Part shown: piece by piece, positions 1 to 6,601 of the stretch
How the letters are laid out: the number at the start of each line of letters is the position of its first letter
Position numbering within the stretch: the stretch's first letter is position 1
From: a bacterium
Lineage (GTDB): Bacteria > Patescibacteriota > Minisyncoccia > Minisyncoccales > DG-74-3
Direction of reading: 5' to 3'
Length of the DNA: 54,239 nt
NCBI GenBank assembly: GCA_030603245.1
Contig: JAUVYE010000004.1
Coordinates: forward strand, 1-54,239
Notes under the pieces: model-generated
Database searches by the model: none
Seen by the model: only the letters and a program-made list of their open reading frames with translations
What the model was told of the DNA's origin: nothing
Program-made: the position numbers and the translations under genes

Positions 1-88
1 TTCCTTTTTTTGTACACGATTTTTGGAGCTTATATCGTCCTCCTTCTCTTATCCACTCCCAGATTGAAGTGATTGTCTCGAACTTCAT
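1..88 (-). CDS. Hypothetical protein, 5' part only (MKFETITSIWEWIREGG...), runs off the window
   Basis: ATG at 88-86, frame open to the window edge, downstream of TTGACA(132-127)-17nt-TATAAA(109-104). Confidence 0.45.
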   Translation of the reverse strand, partial: MKFETITSIWEWIREGGRYKLQKSCTKKG

Positions 89-103
89 TTTTAGTCTATT
101 TGC

Positions 104-132
104 TTTATATCTCCAAACTATAAATTTGTCAA
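104..132 (-). promoter_or_regulatory. sigma70-type promoter of the cassette left of site R1
   Basis: TTGACA-17 nt-TATAAA on the minus strand. Confidence 0.6.
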
Positions 133-140
133 TATTAAAA

Positions 141-159
141 CTCGAGAAAAACTCTTGGG
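141..159 (-). terminator. Degenerate copy of the conserved CCCGAGA-N5-TCTCGGG hairpin
   Basis: ctcgagaaaaactcttggg, followed by the same caaaaatacga spacer as the copy at 1981. Confidence 0.55.
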
Positions 160-170
160 CAAAAATACGA

Positions 171-204
171 GCTCCTCTGGTGCAACGTTGTTAGAACCTG
201 TTTT
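171..204 (+). repeat. att-like site R1
   Basis: gctcctctggtgcaacgttgttagaacctgtttt. Confidence 0.85.
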
Positions 205-343
205 ATATTGAATTAAATAAAAAAAGTGCCAAAGATGGGTATGGCACCTCTTTTGTTTTAATGTGGTTCAATTAATGTATTAATCCGAAACCTTGACAAA
301 TCGAGAAAAAATGATTAAAACAACATTAAAGAGGTGAGAATAG

Positions 344-724
344 TTGGAAAATGAAAAAACGAACCAGAACCGAACGACCATTATAACAATCCTCGTAATT
401 GTGGTCATTGTGGCTCTGGGAGCGTGGAGATATTCTGGCTGGTTCAAGGTTCACGAAGAACAAGTAGTTATCAAAGAAGCGATTAGGAAAACAGCTGGCG
501 GAGAAACCCGAGAGGTTGAATATTTCCTCTATACCAATAAAGGCTACTTCAAGGTTGGCGGCCCAGTAGATGCAGAAGGAATTCCCTATGTCTGGCAACT
601 TGCTAAAGAAAATGAAAGGAAGCTAGTGCTAATCAGATATTATGGAGGCGGCGTATGGCGTATAGATGCCTGGGGATACTATCCAGTCGCCTATGAAATA
701 CATTCTGTACCAGAAACATCCTAG
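344..724 (+). CDS. Membrane-anchored hypothetical protein (paralog of 750-1088)
   Basis: GAGGTG RBS before TTG, N-terminal TM helix, TTGACA at 293-298; shares T[ND]KGYF..GG/RG..D..GI..Y[YF]G..YP motifs with the next ORF. Confidence 0.75.
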   Translation: MENEKTNQNRTTIITILVIVVIVALGAWRYSGWFKVHEEQVVIKEAIRKTAGGETREVEYFLYTNKGYFKVGGPVDAEGIPYVWQLAKENERKLVLIRYYGGGVWRIDAWGYYPVAYEIHSVPETS

Positions 725-749
725 AATAAAGATCCGAGTGGTGTAAGAC

Positions 750-1088
750 TTGAATCGACGATTTAAAGCAACGATAATCCTCTTAACGCTCTTTGTTATC
801 TTCGGAGCATTGTTCTTCCTTCCTAAAACAGAAAAGGTTGTAGTTCTTGGAAAAATACAAAAAAAGAGCTGGTTCTCCCTTCCTGTTATAGCAGAAAACA
901 CGCTAACTCTCATTATATCAACTGACAAGGGTTATTTCTATGTTAGAGGAAAATTTGATTCAGATGGCATAAGACATATCTTCAAAAAGCTAGAAATCGG
1001 GAAAACTTACGAAATATCGTACTTTGGCCCCAGATGTAATGCTATCTATTTATACCCATTTATCTCTTCTTTTAAAAAAATTACATAA
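750..1088 (+). CDS. Membrane-anchored hypothetical protein (paralog of 344-724)
   Basis: N-terminal TM helix; TDKGYFYVRG, DSDGI, SYFG, LYP motifs shared with the upstream ORF. Confidence 0.7.
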   Translation: MNRRFKATIILLTLFVIFGALFFLPKTEKVVVLGKIQKKSWFSLPVIAENTLTLIISTDKGYFYVRGKFDSDGIRHIFKKLEIGKTYEISYFGPRCNAIYLYPFISSFKKIT

Positions 1089-1215
1089 ACCCTAACAATC
1101 TTCAGAAAATCTCTAGGAAGAAAAAGCTCCACACAAACAAAAGCTATGAATAATATTTTCATAGCCCTTTTTTTTAGCTTTTTTATCTAAAAAACAATCT
1201 AATTTTACAAAAAAA

Positions 1216-1234
1216 CCCGAGAAAAACTCTCGGG
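1216..1234 (-). terminator. Conserved hairpin CCCGAGA-AAAAC-TCTCGGG
   Basis: 7-bp perfect stem followed by a T-run on the minus strand. Confidence 0.7.
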
Positions 1235-1244
1235 CAAAATAGGT

Positions 1245-1278
1245 GCTCCGGGGGCTGGACGACATTAGAACCTGTTTT
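1245..1278 (+). repeat. att-like site R2
   Basis: gctccgggggctggacgacattagaacctgtttt. Confidence 0.85.
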
Positions 1279-1300
1279 ATGAGTCTTTAAAAACAGTTCA

Positions 1301-1561
1301 TTAGCACATAGATACAAACGAGGCGGCTAATAATCCCATAATTATTCCTAAAATTGCAAACCATTTCCCTTTTTGCTTTTTTGTTCTCATCCAAATTAAA
1401 GCTATTATTCCCATAAAAACAGCTCCTAGTCCAGCTATACTATTAACCTCAGAACCACATTCTTTGGCAGTAAATACATATACTAAAGCAAAAATTGCGA
1501 TTAGAAAACTAAAAATTGCTAAACCATTTGTCTCTTTCATGAATGTTTTAATTTTTTCCAT
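1301..1561 (-). CDS. Small membrane protein, DUF4190-like
   Basis: TNGLAIFSF...GIIAL...QKGKWFAILGIIMG pattern typical of DUF4190. Confidence 0.75.
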   Translation of the reverse strand: MEKIKTFMKETNGLAIFSFLIAIFALVYVFTAKECGSEVNSIAGLGAVFMGIIALIWMRTKKQKGKWFAILGIIMGLLAASFVSMC

Positions 1562-1610
1562 ATTATCTTATTTTACCAAAAAAACTAGCTAAGTGACAAG
1601 ACAAAAATTT

Positions 1611-1644
1611 GCTCCCCCTATTGGACGCGTTCAGAACTATTGAT
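1611..1644 (+). repeat. att-like site R3
   Basis: gctccccctattggacgcgttcagaactattgat; first 27 nt identical to R4. Confidence 0.8.
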
Positions 1645-1759
1645 TGGAGAAAAATTAAAGAAAAGCTTAGAAAATTAGAGCCTATTTTATTGAAGATTTA
1701 AATAAAAAAGGGGCTATCCTTGTTTTTAGATAAACCCGTAGGGACTTTTGAGTAGTAGT

Positions 1760-1924
1760 TCAGCTCTTCATGGAATTACATTTCAGACAATGCACACCCA
1801 TTGAAGTATGCTGACACTCTTCCTCTCTGTATTTTTGAGTAGCATGACATTCTATGTCTATCTTTCCTCTTACCTGCACTGGTAGACCGTTAATCAAGAG
1901 TTGCTGAAGTGGTGCCAATTTCAT
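1760..1924 (-). CDS. Small Cys/His-rich hypothetical protein (MKLAPLQ...HCLKCNSMKS)
   Basis: AAAGGAG RBS before ATG at 1924; TTGACA at 1966-1961; the longer ORF-track start overlaps the hairpin and is unlikely. Confidence 0.55.
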   Translation of the reverse strand: MKLAPLQQLLINGLPVQVRGKIDIECHATQKYREEECQHTSMGVHCLKCNSMKS

Positions 1925-1980
1925 TTCTCCTTTTTTGAAGATTATCAAATTCAAACAAATTGTCAATAACCAAGCAAAAA

Positions 1981-1999
1981 CCCGAGATAAACTCTCGGG
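1981..1999 (-). terminator. Conserved hairpin CCCGAGA-TAAAC-TCTCGGG
   Basis: 7-bp perfect stem plus T-run on the minus strand. Confidence 0.7.
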
Positions 2000-2010
2000 C
2001 AAAAATACGA

Positions 2011-2044
2011 GCTCCCCCTATTGGACGCGTTCAGAACCGTGGAT
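2011..2044 (+). repeat. att-like site R4
   Basis: gctccccctattggacgcgttcagaaccgtggat. Confidence 0.8.
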
Positions 2045-2212
2045 TGGAGGAAAATAAGGGAAGAATTGGAGATTTTCAGGATTAGAATGCCTGTGGTTAA
2101 ACGATGTTAGAGCCTGTTTTATAAGGAATTTGGCTTAAGATGCCGTTTTGAGTGTAGGGAAATTAAAAAAAAGCGGTCTGAGACTAGCTCATACCGTCCT
2201 TGATTCGTGAAT

Positions 2213-2491
2213 TTATTTCTCTTCTAGCCTAGTGACCCTTTCTTTTAATCTCTCGATCTCCCAATCTCGCTTTTCTTGCCTAGCTTGAGAGATAATAATT
2301 CCTAGTTTACCGAGTTCAAGCCTATTCTTGCACTTCCAACAATCCCTCAAATGATCTGTTGCTTCTCTTATTTCTCCATCTTTTGGATTAAAGATTTTCT
2401 CCCAAGTTTCTTCACTGATCGGAGCATTCAACAGGCTCTTAATTTCTTCTATTCTTTGATTAGTCAGGGTTCTAGCTTTTTTACAATCCAT
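2213..2491 (-). CDS. Small zinc-finger protein (zf-HC2/anti-sigma-like C...HxxxCxxC)
   Basis: AGGAG RBS before ATG at 2491; MDCKK...DHLRDCWKCK motif. Confidence 0.6.
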   Translation of the reverse strand: MDCKKARTLTNQRIEEIKSLLNAPISEETWEKIFNPKDGEIREATDHLRDCWKCKNRLELGKLGIIISQARQEKRDWEIERLKERVTRLEEK

Positions 2492-2564
2492 TATTCTTTC
2501 TCCTAAGGAACTGTCTTCTTTAAAATTCACAAAAAAAATCAAGTCCTGTAATGGCTTGGAGTTT

Positions 2565-2598
2565 GCTCCGGGGATGGTACAATATTAGAACTTGGTTT
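2565..2598 (+). repeat. att-like site R5 (divergent)
   Basis: gctccggggatggtacaatattagaacttggttt; GCTCC and AGAAC spacing conserved. Confidence 0.75.
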
Positions 2599-2674
2599 TG
2601 GGAAAATTTACCAGCGATTGAATCTAAACTCATTTTCCAGAAACACAAAATAGTATCAATCTAACCTTACTAAA

Positions 2675-3334
2675 TTATATATTAAAAGTACTAAGTAGCC
2701 AGGTAGTAAGCTTTGCTACATACGGTGCAATTGTCGCAATATTTGCCAACATTCCTAGATTTGCCTTTGCTTTTGCAAGAATACTAGTATCTGGTTCTTT
2801 TTTTGCGAGTTGGCTTTTTATAGTTTCTAAATCTCCTTGAATTGAAATTTTTTCTCCATCACTTAACTCTCCAAGCGCATTTACGCGACGACGCAAATCT
2901 TCAGCAAGCTTATGACCTTCTGAAAAAGCAATATTGGAAATACTCGTAACATTATTATTACTTCCAATAACTATAAAATTTCCGCTACCTGAAATGTCGC
3001 CAATTCCTGCAAAAACGTTAGAACGATCAAACTTTGATCCATGCTCAAAATAACCTAATCCGTCCCGAGAAAGTCTGTATTTATAAGTTGGTTTAGCACC
3101 TCCAAATTTCTTCTTTGCAAAATAGTTTTCAACAGGAATTTCTTCAACAAGTTTATTTTGCACTAAAAAAGTTACATTTGCTGCTACTTGATTTTCTTTT
3201 ATTTCCGATAAATGCTCTTTAACTAAACGAGCAAGATTGCGTACGCCAACCATTTGAGATGTACGACTTCTTCCACCCTGATGTAGCTGGTATAAGCTCT
3301 CTAGAATTTTCTCTCTTATTAAATCTTCTTCCAT
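2675..3334 (-). CDS. Hypothetical protein with winged-helix-like N-terminus and helical C-terminus
   Basis: 219-aa ORF; REKILESLY...FLVQNKLVE...YRLSRDGL resembles a wHTH. Confidence 0.7.
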   Translation of the reverse strand: MEEDLIREKILESLYQLHQGGRSRTSQMVGVRNLARLVKEHLSEIKENQVAANVTFLVQNKLVEEIPVENYFAKKKFGGAKPTYKYRLSRDGLGYFEHGSKFDRSNVFAGIGDISGSGNFIVIGSNNNVTSISNIAFSEGHKLAEDLRRRVNALGELSDGEKISIQGDLETIKSQLAKKEPDTSILAKAKANLGMLANIATIAPYVAKLTTWLLSTFNI

Positions 3335-3576
3335 ATTTTATTAAATTTATTAATTTTCTTAACAATATCATTTGTCGCCTTAAATTTATCATTTCTAATT
3401 TAAAAATCAAACCAACTTTCTTTTATCTTTTGTAGAAAAACTGTGGTTAAAATAAAAATCATAGGTAAAATCAGATCCGTCCAGTCAAAAAGAAAATCTG
3501 CTGTTCCCAAAGTCTAGGAAAAAAGGATTTCTAAATTAGAAATTTCAAAAATACTAGTAATGTCAACAAGTATATT

Positions 3577-3837
3577 CTACTTTCCTTTGTGTTGGCTTTT
3601 GGCTCCTTTTTCACGGTTTTCTTCCCAGTGCAGTGGCTGAAGGTTTCTTATATTGTCGGTTCCACCCTTGTCTTTGGGGTTTTTATGGTCAATTTCCCAT
3701 CCATATTTTCCTTCAGTCCCATATGAAGCTTTCCTGATCTTATTGCCATACGTATCTTTGCCCCATCCTTCTGGATTTTTCCCGCGAATAGGTTTTGCCT
3801 TATCCCACACTTTTTCTATTGTTTTTTTGGCAGGCAT
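3577..3837 (-). CDS. HNH endonuclease, small stand-alone type
   Basis: WEIDHKNP..KGGTDNIRNLQPLHWEENREK HNH motif. Confidence 0.9.
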   Translation of the reverse strand: MPAKKTIEKVWDKAKPIRGKNPEGWGKDTYGNKIRKASYGTEGKYGWEIDHKNPKDKGGTDNIRNLQPLHWEENREKGAKSQHKGK

Positions 3838-4007
3838 AGTAATTGAAAATTAATAAGAATTAGCGACCTTTAAAATAAAAACCGGGCCATCCCCGATTTG
3901 TCTTTTTGCTTAAATCGGAGGTGATAAAAGGTTAATGAACAGTAAAAATTATGTTTAAATTAACCTCCGATGGTGAAATATCTATTAAATTTTACCTTAT
4001 TGTAAGT

Positions 4008-4036
4008 AGTATAACATATTTTTACAAAATTTGCAA
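4008..4036 (-). promoter_or_regulatory. sigma70-type promoter upstream of the HNH gene
   Basis: TTGCAA(4036-4031)-17 nt-TATACT(4013-4008). Confidence 0.55.
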
Positions 4037-4103
4037 GTAAAAATTCGAACAAAAGCTCGGACTTATACAATTACATACAAATATATGCAATTTTATACAA
4101 TTA

Positions 4104-4137
4104 GCTCCCCTGATGCAACGTTGTTAGAACCTGTTTT
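4104..4137 (+). repeat. att-like site R6
   Basis: gctcccctgatgcaacgttgttagaacctgtttt; right arm near-identical to R1. Confidence 0.85.
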
Positions 4138-4192
4138 GTATTGAGTTAAATAAAAAAACCATCCAGTCGATGATTAAAAAAATGGGTGGGTA

Positions 4193-4534
4193 TTAGTTTT
4201 TTCGAGGCACTAGCACTTTATCGATCGATGACAGTCTAAGTCCATTTTCTTTGCAGAACGCTTGGAACTCCTGTTGTGTTTCAAAACACATCTCAACAAT
4301 ACTAGCATTAGTTAGTGTTGTTATATCCCCTAGATCATGATATTTTACGATCGTTACGTAGGCAATCTTACGACCACTTTTATAGTTTAAGACATGAGCA
4401 CGTGTCACAATCTTTGTGTCTATATAATTTTCCAATACCCACCCTGGAGTTGAGGTAGAATAAACCGTTATTCCTTCGATTGTGTCAAAACACCTGCTCC
4501 AAAGTTTATTTAAAAGAGCGATTATCTGCCTCAT
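4193..4534 (-). CDS. Hypothetical protein
   Basis: Fills the R6-R7 cassette; promoter TCGACA(4576-4571)-17-TATAAT(4553-4548) favours ATG 4534 over TTG 4543. Confidence 0.6.
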   Translation of the reverse strand: MRQIIALLNKLWSRCFDTIEGITVYSTSTPGWVLENYIDTKIVTRAHVLNYKSGRKIAYVTIVKYHDLGDITTLTNASIVEMCFETQQEFQAFCKENGLRLSSIDKVLVPRKN

Positions 4535-4582
4535 TTTTATCAACTAAATTATAACAAACAGAATATTATTTGTCGATAACTT

Positions 4583-4616
4583 GCTCCCCTGGCGGGACGA
4601 TGTTAGAACCTGTTTT
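4583..4616 (+). repeat. att-like site R7
   Basis: gctcccctggcgggacgatgttagaacctgtttt. Confidence 0.85.
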
Positions 4617-4827
4617 ATATTCAATTAAATCAAAAAACCGCCTATTAAGCGATTTTTTAATTCTCTTAATTTCTCCCCTTTTTCCAACTAATAATAGTAT
4701 GATTATTAGCTCGAAAAAAATTAGGGGAGAAGTAAGTTATTGGCTTAGTGAAAAAAGGGTGAATTTAAGGTACGATTGATTTTGTGCTCACAAAAATCTG
4801 CAAGAGTAATAAAGCCTATAATTCATT

Positions 4828-5322
4828 TCATTTGAAGAGATCAAGCACATTAGTCTTCACTGCGTCTTCAGCTGCTTTAGCTATCTCTGCCAGTGTCCCC
4901 GTCGACTTTAATGCTTCGGCCGTGATCACAAATATCATTGTTGCAGGATCGCCATCACTAACCCACACAATACCTCTATCTGTGAGCTCGTCATCCACGT
5001 CGCGGAAACTAATGTTTATTGTTTGCACTGGTACTTCTTCGCCTCTGGGGTTACACGACACCCCGATGTCATCGCCTCTGACTAGATCGATCTGTTCACC
5101 TGAACTGATCAACCTCACAATTTCTTTTCCAGGCTCGACGCCTCTTAAAACTTTCGCCTCAAGAGAAATCGGAAGTTTCGCTGTCAACCTAGCTAGCTCA
5201 AATTCGAATGTGGGTTTTTCAGCAGACAGAAGAGCACTCTCCAAGTCTTTTGTTTCAACGTTCTTCTGTGGATTTTCTGAAGCATCCTTTTTAGCCCATT
5301 GAATCCAAATATTATATTCTAT
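4828..5322 (-). CDS. Hypothetical protein; the frame stays open to an ATA codon at 5322 behind a strong SD
   Basis: AGGAGGAGG upstream of ATA; promoter TTGACT(5370-5365)-17-TAGTTT; the ORF track starts at TTG 5244. Confidence 0.55.
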   Translation of the reverse strand: MEYNIWIQWAKKDASENPQKNVETKDLESALLSAEKPTFEFELARLTAKLPISLEAKVLRGVEPGKEIVRLISSGEQIDLVRGDDIGVSCNPRGEEVPVQTINISFRDVDDELTDRGIVWVSDGDPATMIFVITAEALKSTGTLAEIAKAAEDAVKTNVLDLFK

Positions 5323-5378
5323 GGTTTTTCCCTCCTCCTAAAAACTACCAAATTGGCATGACCAAGTCAATACTAAAA

Positions 5379-5397
5379 CCCGAGATAAACTCTCGGG
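5379..5397 (-). terminator. Conserved hairpin CCCGAGA-TAAAC-TCTCGGG
   Basis: Identical to the copy at 1981. Confidence 0.7.
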
Positions 5398-5447
5398 CAA
5401 TATATCCACAACTTAACTCCCTATTTTAATTTAATTTCCACACATTA

Positions 5448-5481
5448 GCTCCGGGGGCTGGACGATGTTAGAACCTGTTTT
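5448..5481 (+). repeat. att-like site R8
   Basis: gctccgggggctggacgatgttagaacctgtttt; near-identical to R2. Confidence 0.85.
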
Positions 5482-5539
5482 GCCTTATAAAAAACAAAAC
5501 CGCCCCTTTAAAGAGACGGTTTTGCAATAATTAGTTCTA

Positions 5540-6100
5540 TTATTTTTCGTGTCCTTTGCTTTGAATCGGCATACCAATATGAGATTGAGCAGCTTCTTGT
5601 TTGTCTTCCTGTGAACTGACATATTGTCCGTGATTTCCTGTGAATTGCGTTGACTCTCTTGTAGCTGTACCTACAGTGGTCGTCCATGTACCCCCACGGG
5701 CTCCAAAACAATTATCTGTCCAAGTGCCACTAATTTTACCATCAACATCAATTTCTCCAACTAGAGTAAACGAGCAAGAAAGTAAATCATAATCAGCAGT
5801 CATATTAAAATCACTACCATCGACTAAACCATTGGTTACAGTCCATGGATACTGATAAGGTTCGATTGCTGAAAAGGCTCCACCACTACCTTCAAGCGTA
5901 CCATCTTCAGCTTGTACCAAATTCATGTCATGAAGGTTGGTACCTTCCATATAATGATAATCAAAAACCCAAACTCCGTTAACATCCCATGGTCCGTATT
6001 CTACTGGTCCTGGAACTCTGTCAACTTTTGCTCCTGCGATATTTACTAGAGCAAATAAAGACAGGGTTAATATAATGCTTCCAAAAATTATTTTTTTCAT
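5540..6100 (-). CDS. Secreted hypothetical protein (signal peptide, beta-rich)
   Basis: MKKIIFGSIILTLSLFALVNIAGA signal peptide; promoter TTGACT(6178-6173)-17-TAGTCT. Confidence 0.8.
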   Translation of the reverse strand: MKKIIFGSIILTLSLFALVNIAGAKVDRVPGPVEYGPWDVNGVWVFDYHYMEGTNLHDMNLVQAEDGTLEGSGGAFSAIEPYQYPWTVTNGLVDGSDFNMTADYDLLSCSFTLVGEIDVDGKISGTWTDNCFGARGGTWTTTVGTATRESTQFTGNHGQYVSSQEDKQEAAQSHIGMPIQSKGHEK

Positions 6101-6179
6101 AATTTTCTAATTTAATTTTTATTTTTCGACTTTGGCTTTTCTTACTTTTAGACTAAAACTCATTTATTGAAAAGTCAAA

Positions 6180-6198
6180 CCCGAGAAAAACTCTCGGG
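6180..6198 (-). terminator. Conserved hairpin CCCGAGA-AAAAC-TCTCGGG
   Basis: Identical to the copy at 1216. Confidence 0.65.
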
Positions 6199-6208
6199 CT
6201 TTTAAAAA

Positions 6209-6242
6209 ACTCCCCTGGCGGGACGATGTTAGAACCTGTTTC
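6209..6242 (+). repeat. att-like site R9
   Basis: actcccctggcgggacgatgttagaacctgtttc; right arm identical to R7 over ~32 nt. Confidence 0.85.
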
Positions 6243-6376
6243 ATTAAAACAAAATGGTCTTTTGATATACTGATTTTAGCTAATCCTTAGTTTACCCTAC
6301 CCTTCAACTCACTATTTATTTAAAAAATTGAAAAACAAGAAAAAAATGGTAAAATAATTTAATTATTTCTAAATTC

Positions 6377-6601
6377 ATGAAAGAACGAGAAGAAAAAATT
6401 ATTCGTACTATTTATCACGAAGAGACTAATCGTTTCTTCAAATCAATTGGGTTGTCTGAAAAATTAGAGAAGGGTGAACTCCAGTGCAATGTCTGTGGTG
6501 AAATAATAACAGTTACCAACTTTAGAGCAGTCACCCGTAAGGAGGGTGATTTGCTTTTCTGTTGTGATAAAGAATTATGTATGCAGAAATTTAGAACATG
6601 A
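6377..6601 (+). CDS. Small zinc-binding protein (CxxC...CCxxxxC)
   Basis: CNVCGE...FCCDKELC; ATGA overlap with the next gene. Confidence 0.75.
   Translation: MKEREEKIIRTIYHEETNRFFKSIGLSEKLEKGELQCNVCGEIITVTNFRAVTRKEGDLLFCCDKELCMQKFRT

Noticed and set aside
3335-3576. Missing site between the wHTH and HNH genes
   Set aside because: No GCTCC...AGAAC pattern with the right spacing is present.
4111-4113. TGA in the R6 tail as evidence of TGA recoding
   Set aside because: Core genes here end in TGA at expected positions (e.g. topA, iorA, pth) and long ORFs have no in-frame TGA; better explained as a point mutation.
4570-4779. 69-aa + strand ORF spanning R7
   Set aside because: It crosses the site, a terminator and a hairpin in a different frame from the conserved tail; likely spurious.
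4784-5302. 172-aa + strand ORF
   Set aside because: Ser-rich antisense shadow of the minus-strand gene, which has the SD and promoter.
171-6242. CRISPR array interpretation of the ~34-bp repeats
   Set aside because: Intervals are 0.37-1.6 kb and contain whole genes, the repeats are too divergent, and there are no cas genes in the window.
171-6242. Classical integron attC sites (GTTAGAA resembles GTTRRRY)
   Set aside because: No RYYYAAC...GTTRRRY palindrome of 55-140 bp, the seventh base is not a pyrimidine, several sites lack GTT, most genes are antisense with their own promoters, and no intI is visible.
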